From Lama guanicoe (lineage: Eukaryota), in the NCBI GenBank assembly GCA_013239625.1, contig MU053652.1, forward strand, positions 3,213,902-3,277,901: 64,000 nucleotides of DNA. The letters run 5' to 3'. Every line of letters starts with the position of its first letter. Position 1 is the stretch's first letter. The translations under genes and the position numbers were made by a program. The notes under the pieces were generated by a model. That model was not told the DNA's origin and did no database searches. It worked only from the letters and a program-made list of their open reading frames with translations. Below, piece after piece: positions 49,330 through 63,574 of the stretch.

Positions 49330-50490
49330 GGGTGAGTTTTTAACAGTTTTATTGAGATGTAACTGATGTACAACTAATCACAAATATTCAAAATAAAATT
49401 CATGAATTTTGAGATATGTTTACACCCCTGAAATCATCACCATAACCCATGTAACATACCTGTTACCCCCCAAATTTCTTCCTGCTCTTTTGTAGTCCAT
49501 TTCTTTTCCTTCTCTCACCTCCTATCCACCATCCTCATACCTAGGCAACCAATGATCCAATTTCTATAATGATAGGTTAGTTAGAATTTTCTAGAATTTC
49601 ATATACATAAAATTTTACAGTATGTGTTCTTTTTTGAATGACTTCTTTGACTCAACATAATGATCTTGAGATCCATCCATGTTGTTGTGTGTATCATTAC
49701 TTTATTCCTTTTCACTGCTGAATAGTATTCCATAGTTGTATGGAATCAACTACATATTCACTGATTCATTTATCTTGTCATCTATAGGTGGACATTTGAG
49801 TTGTTTCCATTTTGAGGTATTATAAGTCAAGCTATAGTGAATATTCATGTAATAAAACTTGGTGTGGACATGTCTCTTAGGTAAATGCTGATTATGTATT
49901 ATTTGATTTGGGTTTGATTTGCTAAACTTTTGTGAACATTCTTGTGACTATGTTCATGAAAATATTCACATCTAGTTTTCCTTTATTTTAATGTCTTTGC
50001 CAGCTCTGGTATCAAGGCAACACCGGCCTAATAAGATGAGTTGGGAAACGTTTCTTCTTCTTCTATTTTCTAGAAAAGTTTGTACAGAATTGGTACTTTT
50101 CTCCCCTAAATTGTCAGTAGAATTAATCAATGAAGCTATCTTGGCCTGGAGGATTTTTTTTTTTTTTGCTCAGTTAGTTTGTTTGGCCGGGGGTGGGGGG
50201 TGCACGGGAAGGGAGGTTTTTTTAATCTACAAATTCAATTTCTTTAAAAGATACAGGACTAGTCAGGTTACCAATTTCTACTTGAGTAAGATTTGATAGT
50301 TTGTATCATTGTCAGATTTATTGGCATACATTTTTTTCATAAATACTATTATCCTTTTAATGTCCATTAGAACTGTAGTGATATCCCCTCATTTATTCCT
50401 GATATCAGTCATTTTTTTCTCTCTTTTCTTCCTAATCAGTGTGGCTACAGGTTTATTTACTTTATAGATGTTCCCAAAGAACCAGCTTTA
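49330..50490 (-). mobile_element. Degraded L1 fragments, reverse orientation
   Basis: cagttttattgagat; ttgagatccatccatgttgttg; ggtggacatttgagttgtttcca; ttcccaaagaaccagcttt. Confidence 0.8.
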
Positions 50491-50924
50491 AGTATCTCAA
50501 AGAATGAGCTCTTAAGCAAGTTTCCAGGACCTTGAACCATTAGTTAATCCCTTATCACAAAAGCATTCCAGACCCACATCTAAAGGCACTCACTTATTAT
50601 TACAACTAAAGTAACTCAGGTTGCCAAGGAATTATGCTAGAACATAAATTCAGCATTCATCTCAATACAGAGGTCCCCAGGAGGATCAATAGCGCTAGCC
50701 TTCCTGATACCAAGAAATTCAATTTTTCACTGAGAGTCAAAAATCTACAGGTGTTCGAACACATGAGAAAAAAAAAAACAGATAATAAAAGGAGATGAAC
50801 ACTTGAGAAAAAAAAAATCTACAGGTGTTCTTAGACTAGTGCTTGAGTTCACTGCATACTATGATTTTCTAGACATGTTGTTCCTTCCTGAATATTCCTC
50901 CTTCCCCAGTAAGAACCAGATACT

Positions 50925-53900
50925 AATATGGCTAACCAAGAAAAAAAAGAGATAAAAGGAAAGAGAGATCCCACTGACTTTAAAAAGATAATAAGGCAAT
51001 GTTAAAAACAACTATCTCAAAATTCAAAATCTTTGATAAAATGGACCAATTCCTTGAAAGACACAAATTACCAAAACTTGCCACAGAAGGAATAGAAAAG
51101 GCTAGTTCTGATATCTGTTAAAGAAACTAAATTTATAGTTAAAAACTTTCCCCTAAAATAAACTCTATAACAAGACAGTTTTGTGAATTCTATTAAATAT
51201 TTAAGGAAGAAATAACACTAACTCTGCACACTCTCTTACACAAAATATAAAAGGAGGTACACTTTCCAACTTATTTTATGAGACCAGCACTATCCTAAAC
51301 ACAAAAATCAGACAAAGACTGATTTTCGGAAAAGAAAACCATAGACTAAAATCGCTCATAAATTAGACACAAAAAACCTTAACAAAATATCAGCAAATTG
51401 AATCCACTAGTATATAAAAAGGAAAATACATATGACTAAGTGATGTTTATAGGAATGCAAGACTGAATCAACATGCAAAAAATCATCAATATAATGGTAT
51501 ATTTAATTCTCAATACTGTTATATACCTGAAAGTGTTAAAGAGAGTAGGTAGACCTTAAATATTATCACCACACACACACATACCCAATTGTGATTATGT
51601 GAAGGGAGAGAGATGTTAACTAATCTTATTGTGGTAATCATTTTGTAATATGTACATGTATCTAATCACACTGTATAGCTTAAGTTACATATGTTATATG
51701 TCAATAATATCTCAGTAAAGCTGGGAATAAAATAAATCAATATAATTCACCATATTAATAGACTGAATGATAAAATCTTATGACCATATCAGTAGATGTA
51801 GAAAAAGTTTTTGACAAAATGCAGGCAGAAAAGGAGAAAAAGAACAAAAATCAGATGAGACAAATAGAAAAGTAATAGCAAGATGGTAGACATAAACCAG
51901 ACTATGTATGTAATTAAATTAAATGTAAATAAATGAAAACACTCAATTATAAGGCAGAGCTTGTCAGAGTGAATAACAAAACAAGGCCCAACTATATGAT
52001 GGCTACAAGAGACACACTTGATATTTAAAGAAATAGACTAAAATAAAAAGATGGAGAGAGAACATGCAAACAACTAACCATAAGAAAACTGGGGCAAAGA
52101 TATAAATATCAGAGAAAGGAGACTTTAGAATAAGGAATATTACTAAGAGATAAAGAAGGATTGTACTGGTTTTCTGTTGCTGCGTAACAAATCACCACAA
52201 GCCTGGCCACTTAAAACAACATCGCCATATTAGTTCACATTCTGTACATTAGAAGCCCAGCAGGGCACGACTGTGTTCTCCAGTCAAGATATCACAAGGC
52301 TGAAATCAGCCAGGACGAGTTTTCATCTAGAAGCTCTGGGGGAAAAAAATCTGCTTTCAAGTTCACTTTTGTTGTTGGAAGAGTTCAATTCCTGGGGTTG
52401 TATAACTAAGTTCCCCATTTCTTTGCTGTCCATCAGCCAGAGGTCTTGCTCAGCAACTAAGGGTTACTGTCATTCCTTGATATGTGGTACCCCATCTCCC
52501 TTCTTCAGGCCATCAAAGGGCAATGAATCTTTCTCATGCTTCAAATTTCTGACTTCTCTTCTGTGACCAGGTGGAGAAAACTTTTCTGCTTTTGTGTGAT
52601 TAGATCAGGACTTCCCAGATAATCTCTCCAGTTTCAGGTCAATAGTCCCAATATAATGTAAACTAATCCAGGGGGTAAAATCCACCACATTAACAGCCCT
52701 GGAGATTATTCAGGTTATATATAACAGAAGGGAAGGAAATTTTGTGGGTCATCTTAGAGTTATTCCTGTCACAAGGACATTTCATGATAAAATAACCAAT
52801 TCATCTAGACATAGCAAAACTAAATACCTTTGCATCTAGTAACAGGCTTTAAAATATATGAGGCAAAAACCAATGCAACTAAAAAAATTATGCAAATTCA
52901 CAATTATGGTTGGAGATTTCAGCCTTCCTTTTTCAGTGACTAATAGAACAAATGGACAGAAAATTAGTTCAGATATAGAAGACTTGAACAACTCTATTAA
53001 CCAAATTGACCTCATCGACATTGGTACAGCACTACTTCCAATGATTTTAGAAAGGCTATTCTTTTCAAGTGCATGTGATACAGTCACCACTATAAACTAT
53101 ATGTTGGGCCACAGAATAAGTTTAAATGAATGTAAAAGGATGGAAATTATACAGATTGTATTCTCTGACTGCAAAGGCATTGAATTAGAACTCAATAAAA
53201 CCCCTGTTATAGCAACTCCACCATAACATGGAGCCACTCCAACCATGTTTGGATGTCAGTAAGACAGTAATCCTTCAGTATGATCAAAGAAATATTAATT
53301 ACTCACATAGAGTAGAAGTCCCAAGGTGAGTGGTGGGAAGGATTGCTCTCTCTGAGAGAAAGTCCAGGACAGAGAGAAAGTGACTAGTGAGTGGGCAATG
53401 TTTTATAAAGGGAAATACCCACCAGTGTAAAGTTTGAAAGAGTTTCCATAAAAAGAGGCAAAGAGGCAGCAAGAGGTTGCATGTGCTTGTGGGGTCTGGG
53501 CACTAGCGAGCTTTATCAGGATGCTAAAGGAAGCATCAACAAGCCTTTAAGAAGTCTCGCATTGAATCAGATGTCAATGGGAGTTTTAGTTTCTTTCATA
53601 TGGTCATCATGACCCCAAACAGAAGGAAATAAAACATAGCAAGACAAAAAAAATCACAACAAACATAAATAATTTATGGATTAAAGATACAATCACAAGG
53701 AAAATGAATATATATTTTGAACTGAATGACAATGAAATGTAACATATTAAAATTTCTGGGATGCAGCTAAGGCAGTGCTTATAGGGAAACTTACACCTTA
53801 TCAAAAAGAGACAGGTCTTAAATCAATGGCCTAAGCTTCCACCTTAAGAAACTGGAATGAAAAGAGAAAAGCAAGCTCATAGCCATAAAAGGAAAGAAAT

Positions 53901-55625
53901 AATAAAGATAAGAGCAGAAATTAACAAATGAGAAAACAGACAGATAATGGAAAAATTAAGAAAGCAAAAAAGTGCTTCTTGGAAAGCACTGACAAAACTG
54001 AGAAACCCTTAGCTAGACTGATTCAGGAATAAAGAACACAAATCACCAATATCAGGAATGAAAAGGTGTTATCACCACAGATCCTGAAGACATTAAAAGG
54101 CTAATAATATAATATTTTAATAATATTGAATAACTTTATGCCAATAAATTTAACAACCAAGATGAAATGGAGAAAATCCTTGAAAAATACCATTTATAAT
54201 AATAATTGACACCCTGAAAAAGGAAGTTTTCACAACACATATACCAGACAAAAGACTTGTATCCAGAATATATCTATAGATCTCTTACAACTTATTAATA
54301 AGACAAACTGTCCAATTTAAAAATGGGGGGGAGGGTATAGCTCAAGAGGTAGAGTGCAGGCCTAGCATGCACAGGGTCCTAGGTTCAATCCCCAGGACCT
54401 CCTCTAAAAATAAATAAACCTAATTACCTCCCCATAGACACACCAAAAACAAACAGAAAAAACCCAAATAAAATAAAAATGGGCAAAGGATTTGAAGAGA
54501 TCTTTACAAAATAAATATATAGTCAATAAGCACATGAAAGATATGCAAAAAGTGAGTCATCAGGGGAATGCAAACTAAAACTATAATAATTTACAACTAT
54601 ACACTCACTAGAGTGATTATAATTTTTTAAAGTGACAATTCTAAGTGTTGGAGAAGATGTGGAGGAATTAGAACTCTCATATATTGTGGGTGAGAAGATA
54701 AAATGGTATAACCATTTTAGAAAACAGTTTGGCAATTCCTTATATAGATAAACATACAGTAACAATACAACTTAGAAATTCTACTCCTGGTTACTAAAAA
54801 GAAAACCTGCACGTGAATATTCATAGCAGTTTTATTCATAATAGTTAAAGTCTGAAAACAACCCAAATGTCAACTAACAGGTAAATGGATATACAAATTG
54901 TGGCATAGCCACACCCAGCAATAAAAAGGAACTAAGTACTGATACCTACAGCAACATGGATAAATCTCAAAAAACATTATAATGAACAACAAGAACCAAG
55001 CCATATGATTCCATTTAAATGAAATTCTAGAAAATGCAAATCCAACCTACAGTGATAGACAGTACATCAATGGTGGCCTAGGACAAAGGGAAGATATATT
55101 GTCCTCAAAGGGCACAGAGGAAATTTTAGGGGTGATGGAATTGCTTGCAGGTGTGGTTACCTGGATAGACACGTTTGTCAAAATTTACTGGATTGTGCTT
55201 TAAATTAGTGCATTTTATTGCTTGTAAATAGTAACTCAAAGTTGAATATAAAAAAATCTTCCCACAAGGAAAACTCCAAGCCCAGATGGTTTCACTGGGT
55301 TTTATTAAACATTTAAGGAGGAAACCATGCCAATCTTACCAAAATGCTTTCAGAAAATAGAGGAGGAAACACTTTTCGATTCATTTTATGAGACCAGCAA
55401 TACTGCGATACCGAGACCAAACACATTTCAAAAAAAATAAACTCCAGGTCAGTATTCCTCATGAACATAGATAAACTATTATAAATTGGATGCAACATAT
55501 GAAAATGATAATATATCATGACCAAGGGGGGAGTTTATCCCTAGAATGGAAGACTGACTTAACATGTGAAAATCAGTTAATGTAGTTCAATATTTTAATT
55601 AAATAAAAGAGAAAAAAACATAAAT
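50925..55625 (+). mobile_element. Mosaic of degraded L1 fragments with nested LTRs (~52160-52775 MLT1-like; ~53205-53610) and a SINE
   Basis: L1 ORF2 motifs, including the endonuclease remnant TIMVGDFSLPFS...DIEDLNNSINQIDLIDI (52858-53200). Confidence 0.8.
54328..54475 (+). mobile_element. tRNA-derived SINE, camelid vic-1-like, inserted in L1
   Basis: GGGGAGGGTATAGCTCAAGAGGTAGAG...GGTTCAATCCCC...CCTAATTACCTCCC; TSD aaaaatggg on both sides. Confidence 0.88.
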
Positions 55626-56670
55626 GAGACAGACAATTTTGTAGGTACTCCAAGAATATCTTTTAAACAATTTTCCCTCCAGCTGAATCTTGTCTGATAT
55701 GGGTTAATATTATGTGAGTGGCTTGACCCCACCTGCCAATTTGCCCCACACCTAATCAACAGCTCTTCTTTGAAAGAGCTTTGCATTATCAGCACCCCAG
55801 GCCCATGCCTGCATGATCGCACGTGAGGGTCAGAACAAGCATTCAGATGATGACATTGCCCTTGCTTCCTGACTGTTGAAAGATTTTGTTTGAAGAAAGG
55901 GTTTACATTGCTATGGCAATCACATTGGATTCTGGGATTTGCCATGTTTTATTTTCCAGTGAGAAACATCCAAATATTTGCCCCAGATAAAGAGAATTTC
56001 TGTCTGATGCTCCTCCCCTCCAAAAATTTAAGAAGCTAGTGTAATATGCTGCCTGCCCTCGAACCAGAGCCAGATTTTGCATGTAACAGCCACCCAGAAT
56101 CCTGGGAACCTGCTCTCACTAATTTCTAGGCAGCAGGACTCAGCTTCAATACTTCCAAACCTGATTACTTACCTAGATCCCAATAGCCAACATGAGTCTC
56201 CTTTCCTGCACTTTCAAAGAAGCTTCAGCAAATTGCCTAACACCAAGATCATTATACCCAGATTTCTTTCACCACAAATCCCAAGCCATACCATGGGTCA
56301 AGGAGCCCAGAGAGCGATTATCATATAGATGCCCTTACCCGTGATAAATGGGAAACACCTGCAAGAGCCTGGAGACGGGCCTGAAATCCCCTGCTGGCCA
56401 AAAGCAGGTGGGAGAAGGATCTAGTGATTGCTTGTAGTTACTCAGGAGGAATCAGTTTGAACCAAGAACTCACCCAAGATGAGGGTCAAAGAGATACTTG
56501 AGAAACTGGTGGAAACCTCTATGTGTTTGTTGGAGAGCCATTCTCAGGACTTTCAACTGTTCATCCTCCAGTTCATTCTTGGTGCTAGACTGGCTCACTA
56601 TGTGTTCTGTTCTTGCAGCCTTCCCTGAGTCATCTGTTGATTTTTCTCACCTCCTGCTGCTGTCAATAAC

Positions 56671-56805
56671 TAGAGTGGCCATAAAATTTATCAACCAAAC
56701 TGGGACACTTTTGAGAATGTAAAGTGGGTGCTATTAATTATTAGGGTATGGTAACAGGTATAAACTGGGATTGTCCCAGGAAAATCAGGACATATGGTCA
56801 CTGTA
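56671..56805. mobile_element. MER94-like hAT-Blackjack MITE
   Basis: TIRs tagagtggccata / tatggtcactgta; internal aactgggacactttt and ttgtcccag. Confidence 0.7.
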
Positions 56806-57209
56806 ATGATGATTCCTCTGCCCCAAGGAGTTCTCTGTCTCAAAACTAACTGGAGGGTCACAGGCACCACACCATTCTCTTTGTTGCCCCCACAAAGATG
56901 AGGACAGGTTTTTCATTTTAAAGGCTTTATTTCTAATCATTAGAGGTAAATTGACAGAGATAACTGAAAAAGCCAGTAAGAGAAAAGTAAAAGAATATAA
57001 GTTTCCTAATTTATGGTCCCTGAATAGCCAGATTCACTAAGCTGGCAACTAAAATTTCATAGACTTTAGTCTTAGATTTTATTTCTTTTTTTTTATGTAA
57101 ATGACCACTTATCATTGCAGGCACATCACATGTGTATTGTGAAAAATTAGAAGATGTTGACGAGCCAAAACTACAAAATAAAACACCTGCACCTAGAAAT
57201 TATCACTAC

Positions 57210-60200
57210 TGAGGGATGTTAGCAAAAATAATGGGCTAAGAACCTCAAATTTTTCTCTTCCATAAAAGTAATGAAAAACTAGCAAAAATAATTAGAATCA
57301 ACTTTTTCAGAACTCAGGAAATTAAACAGAGGGTTACAGTAATATGCAAAGTATTTATTTTTAAAAGGGTGAATCTCAGTAAGAACTATGAGTTTTATGA
57401 TAATTTAACTTGTTCTAGTCCCATGCACCTCTTTCCAGCTCCATAGTAGCCTTGAAAACCAGTAGCCCACAATTACAGTGAAAATCAGCAGCCTGGCAGC
57501 TACCAGAGGGGCAGAATGGAGTTGGAGCTCCTTCAGAGCCTCATTCAAAAAGAATTATCATTATTTGACCTGTCTGGTGGTTCCTGGGAGACCCCACTTG
57601 CAAGGCTGGCTTCATTTGACTGACTTGGGGTTCATCTAGTACAAAAGCCCCTTTCCCCAAGACAATTGTCAAAAACAGTTAGAGGTAAATATTTAACTTC
57701 ATAGCTGCCTCAGTCATTGGATAACGGTTGGGGCAAATAATAGACTAATCAAAAAGCTTAAAAGGAAAATTTGACAATGAAACCACAGGGACTGTAAAAA
57801 GATCTGCATATTCCTGGGAATCTAGAAGGCCCATATTTGTATTTGGGGCTGGGCTTATGCCCAGCGCTGTGCTCATAATCAGCAAAGACCTTAGGAGCTC
57901 ATTTTTGCTGATCTCGAGGCTCTGTGCAAGCAGGATATGAAGGCAAAGAAGAAATTTCAACTACCTGGATGAGTGTTGAAGGTGGGCCCCAACATACACA
58001 TTCAGCTCCTCTGCAAAGACTGGAAGACTTACTGGTTCCAAGGATATGTCTGTCCCATTACTAGCTGACCACTAAGCTAACAAAGCAGAGACTTCATTGG
58101 TCATATACAGCAAGAAAATAGACTTTACAGAATTCGTTCAAAAAATTTACTAAACAACTTAGTAATAACAAACAGCAACAGCAATGACAAATCCTGGGGA
58201 GGGGAGGGAATCTGATTTACAGATTATATTCCAGATTGCCAATCTGAATTCCAGATTATCATATTATACTATTTAAAATGCCCAGTTTTTTGTAAACAAT
58301 TATGAGAAATGAAAATAAATATTAATATATGGTCAATACATGGGGGGAAATCAATCAGCAGAAATTCCCTGAGGAAGCCCAGATGTTGGACTGAAAGAAC
58401 AAAGATTTAAATCAGCTATTATGAACATTTTCAAAGAACAAAAGGAAACCATGTCTAAAAACTAATGGAAAGTATGAGAACAATATGTCATAAAATGAAG
58501 ACCATCAATAAAGAGGTAAGAGACTTTATAGTAAAAATAAGAACCAAATAAAAATTCTATAGTTGAAGAGTACTGTAATGGAAACGAAAATTTCACTAGA
58601 GGCTCTGAAACAGATTTGAGCAGGCAAAAGAAAAAATTTCCAAACTTGAAAAAAATCTAGTTGAGTTTATCTAGACTGAAGAATAGAAAGAAAAAAGAAT
58701 GAAAAAAATTTTTAAAAAATCTCAGAGACAGAATCAATAATTTAACAAAAGGTGAAAACTTCAAAACCCACTTTCAATAATGGTACAACAACTAGACAGA
58801 TTAGCAAGGATACAGAAGACTTAAACAACAATATAATTCAACTAGATCTAACAGGCATCTACAGAACACCCCACTCAACGACATTAGAATACACACCCTT
58901 CTCAGCAGGGGGGACAGGAGGCGTGGAGGGATAAATTGGGAGTTCCTGATTAGCAGGTACTATTATATATAAAATAAACAACAAGGTTCTACTGTATAGC
59001 ACAGGGAGCTATATTTAATATTTTGTAATAGCCTATAATGAAAAACAATATGAAAAGGAATATATATATATATGTGCATAACTGAATCACTATGCTGTAC
59101 AACAGAAATTAACACAACATTGTCAACTGACAATATTTCAATAAAAAAAATACAGAACACACATCCTTCTCAAATGCTTATAGAACTTTCTCCAGGATAG
59201 ACTGTATGTTAGACCATTTTAAAAAATCTTAATAAATTTAAAAGGATTGAAATCATACAAAGTATCTTCCTGCCCAAATTAGACTGAAATTAGAAATCAC
59301 TAACAGAAGGAAATCTGGTGACTTCACAAATATTTGGAAATTAAGCAACACACCTCTAAATAAATACCAGGTCAAAAAAAGTCACAAGGGAAATAGAAAA
59401 CACAGTTGACCCTTGGACACCACAGGGTTAGGGATGCTGACCCTCTATGCAGTCAAACATCTGTGTCTAACTTTACAGTTGGCCCTCCACATTCTCAGTT
59501 CTGCATCCATGAGTTCAATAAGCTGCAGATTGCATAGTACTATAGTACATAATTATTGAAAAAGAACCATGTATAAGTGGACCTGCACAGTTCAAACCTG
59601 TGTTGCTCAGGGGTCAACTGCACTTTGATAGGAATGAAAATGAAAACACAACATACCAAAGCTTTTGGGCTGCAGTGAAAGCAGTGCTTATATGCAAATG
59701 GATAGTTGTAAATTACTACATTTAAAAAGAAGAAAATTTTCATATCAATAATCTAACTTCCCATACTAAGAAACTAGCCAAAAAAAAAAGAAAAAAGAAA
59801 GAAAGAAAGTAGCAAAGGAAAGCAATCTAAACCCAAAGCAAACAAAAAGATGGAAATAAAGATTAGAGCTGAATTAAATGAAATAGAAAATATAGGGAGA
59901 GAAAAGACAAATTTATTTATAAAATAGAAACAGACTCACAGACATAGAAAACAAACTTACGGTTACCAAAGAGGGAAGGGGATGAGAAGGGATAAACTAG
60001 GAGTTCAAGATTTGCAGATACTAACTAATATATATAAAACAGATAAACAACAAGTTTACACTGTATAGCACAGGGAACTACATTCAATATCTTGTAGTAA
60101 CTTTTGGTGAAAAAGAATATGAAAACGAATATATTTATATTCTTGTACGACTGAAGCATTGTGCTATACACCAGAAATTGACACAACATTGTAAACTGAC

Positions 60201-60725
60201 TGTACTTCAATAAAAAAATATTTTTTTAAAAAGGAAGTGTAAGACTGGTTCAGTGAAACAGCAAAAACTTGGCTGAAATAAATTAAAGAAGATCTAAATA
60301 AATGGAAAGTCTTCTGTGATTATGGGTTAGAAGATCTATTATTATTATTATTAAGATGGTAATACTCCCCAAATTCATCTACTGATTCAGTGCAATTCCC
60401 ATCAAATCCCAGGTGCCTTTTTTGCACACAGTCACAACAGAATCCTAAAAATTAACGGGAAATGCAAGGGACCCCAAAGATCCAAACAATCTTGAAAAAG
60501 AAGAACAAAGGTGGAGAACTCACATTTCCGATTTCAAAACTTACTACACAGCTATAATATTCACAACTGTGTGTGGTTCTGCCATACGGATAGACATGTA
60601 GATGAATAACTTGAATTGAGAGTTCAGAAATAAACCCATACATTTATGGTCAATTGATTTTTCACAAGAGTTCCAAGACAATTCAGTAGGGAAAGAGTTG
60701 TCCTTTCAACAGACATTTCTGGGGC
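57210..60725 (+). mobile_element. Degraded L1 (5' region, ORF1 and ORF2 pieces) with nested L1 3' ends (~58915-59150, ~59905-60220) and a Tigger1-type MITE (59403-59621)
   Basis: gaggaagcccagatgttggac...aaatcagctatt (ORF1). aaggattgaaatcatacaaagtat (ORF2). MITE TIRs cagttgaccctt / ggggtcaactg. Confidence 0.8.
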
Positions 60726-62774
60726 AACAGGGTCCCTCTTCCATGACCCCAGCTGTTGACGAGGCCACGTCAGTTGTCTTGCAGAACATCATGCTGTGTG
60801 AATTTGTTCAGCTTGTTCCTCCATCTCCTGTTTTTCATATAAAATAAAAGTTATATCTAAACTATATATTCAAGTTAAATATATTTGGCTAGAATGTATC
60901 ATAGGCTGTACTGTATATGCCATATTGAGTCACATCGCAGGACACATAACATCTGATTGACTGTCTATTAGCAACACTAAGACTGATCCCAGGATATGAG
61001 AGTGATGACGGTCTGACCCCGTCTCTGTGTGGTTTCATCACCTTGCCACTGGCAAGCTCTCTGTGGTGTGCTGCTTGGCACTACACAACTATCAGCTCCC
61101 CAACAACCATTCAGCAAATAGTCTTTTAACACCAATTGATGCGCCTGGCCTGAATCAATATTTTCGTTAGAGTTTCCCCCAAATCGTTTTCCTTATTGTG
61201 TAATTCCCTCTATATTTATTTGCTGGCATTCTTCTGGTACTTTTCAGCGAGGACTACTTGCTTACCCCGAAATATAGTTTCTGCTGGAAAGGGAGGATAA
61301 ACGCTTAACCCCTCCTCTTTAATTACAAATTTTCAGGGATTTTTTTTTCCTTAAAATAGAGTTCACCAACCCCATCTTTCTTTCCTCTATTTTCAGTGGA
61401 GTTTCCTTTCAGCCTGAGTTTGTATTCAAGGCCTCTCTCCAACCCAGCATTGATCCTTTTGGCATTTCCTCTCAGCAACCCCATTAACTTAGTCCCTACC
61501 TTTTCCTAGAACTCAAAGCACCCCACAGAACACCCACAGGACTACTGGAATCATTAGCTGAGGCCTTAGGCCTACAGAAATTGTCCAAGCATGCATTTCA
61601 ACAAGACTAACTCAACCAGGTAGAGGCTGGTCTTCTTTTCCATCTTCTATGCTAATTGTGCCAAAGTCCTTGACAGGAGAAGCCCTTGCCAGACTCATAT
61701 CAACTCTAACCATGTTCTCTGAAAGTATTTTGCCTAATCCCTGGCCTTTGGAAATAATTACTAAGGTAAATAAACACTTTGGCAAGGAATCAGTGTACGG
61801 GAAGCTGAGAAGTGTATCATCAGCCCAGGCCAGACTTTCAGGAGGAGGGAGAGTCCTGAGGAAAGACCCTGCACATCAGCATGGACTGTGGGTCCAAGAG
61901 CCCTTTTCCTCTATGAAGAAGGTGTGAGTTGAAGCGAGATGGGCTCGAACCTGGAGGAGCTATGGCTGGCTTGTGATACTTTGTCCTCAGCCCATGCCGA
62001 GTGAGGGTGCAAACAAAGGGAACAGGACCTTGCTGGCAGTCTCTGCAAGAGCTGGGAGAACCAGCACCTCTGCAGCCCCTGGGGTGTATGAACTGACTGA
62101 TGTATAAACCAGAACACCAGCACATTCATATACAAAGAGGACACTCCTTGCCAAAGGGACCAGATGTTCATGCTGACTGGTCAGCGCATTCTGTCCTGTT
62201 GGAAAATCTACATGGAAAGCCAAATTATAATCAAGAGGTTGTTTGCGAGCATGAAATTAGAACAAAGGGAGGGAATTGGATGAGCTCTGTGGCATCCATA
62301 GGGATATAGGGTGGACTGCATATTTGTGTCAAATGGTCAAAAAACAACTCTTTCCCTTGACGAGGTTGGAGACATGATGACAAATGTTTGTTCCTTGGCT
62401 CCACTTTTCAGCACTCCCTGCAGACCACCCCCCTTCTGCTCACATATTCTTCAGCTGTTAAGGCCATTGATTAGGTTACTGCTTTGCTCCACATTCCATC
62501 ATGCCTTGATTAAATTTCCAGGCGCTGCAACATCCTGTTTCTTAGGATGACATTTGCAGACATTTATTCACATTCATTGTGTGCAGATTTCACTAGCTTA
62601 GCAATCAATGGCTAATATTATTTACCGGTTTGGGGGATACTTAATGATTGTGCCTGATGTACTGATACACTAGACAGCAGAAAAAAAGGTTGAGAATGAC
62701 CAGTGTGATAAAGGGAAAGACTTCCCATGTTTTGGTCTCCTGTGTGCCTTCACGAGCACTATCATAGAATTTCA

Positions 62775-63490
62775 TTTACTTGACAAGTATTTACTGTGTC
62801 CTACCATATGCCACATACCACACCAGGCACTAGGAATTTAAAGAACAAGATATGTATCCCTGCCTTCAAGGAGCTGGCAAGACGATGAAGGAGGCAGGCA
62901 AGGAAATCACCCAGCACAGCACAGCACAGTAGACGGGGGGCCATGGAAGCATTTTGAAAACTACCTCCCAAAGTCTAGGATGAAGAGTAGGCTGCCAGAA
63001 AGGATGATTTCCATCTGTATCCCAGAGGAAGAATGAAGAGTGAGAAAAGGACTTTCCAAACATAAAGAATAGCAGGCACAAAGACTCAGAGGCAAGAGAC
63101 AACATGGCATACTTGAAGCCATTCTGTATGGTAAAAGATTGGGCTGAAATGCTAGGCAGAGGACAGAATTTCAAAGGTCTTGCATGTCATCTAAAGAATA
63201 CAGATTTGATCAGATTTACAAATATTAACTACTATATACAAAAATAGGTGAAAAAATTTTTCTGTATAGCATAGGGAACTATATTCAATATCTTATAATA
63301 ACCTCTAATCAAAAAGAATATGAAAACAATCTATGTATATATATGTATGATTGGGACATTATGCTGTACACCAGAAATTGACACATTGGAACTGACTCTA
63401 CTTCAATTAAAAAAATTTTTTTAATAATAATTAAAAAATAGAGAATATAAATTTGACCATAAGACTATAGAAAATCACTGAAGGGTTCTA
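62775..63490. mobile_element. L2 remnant interrupted by a young L1 3' end (~63210-63415)
   Basis: caagtatttactgtgtcctaccatatgcca...ccctgccttcaaggagct (L2); atgctgtacaccagaaattgacaca (L1). Confidence 0.7.
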
Positions 63491-63574
63491 AAACCCACTT
63501 TGTCTAAAAATATATCCAGTCCAGCTGTTGTTTTGTCTTGTTTCTGTGATGGTAAAATATATATTACCAGAAAG

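Noticed and set aside
49900..51450. Inverted pair of homologous L1 ORF2 segments as a dsRNA or cruciform element
   Set aside because: The copies are highly diverged and intergenic, most simply independent old insertions.
52858..53226. 122-aa ORF
   Set aside because: Degenerate L1 ORF2 endonuclease remnant, not a gene.
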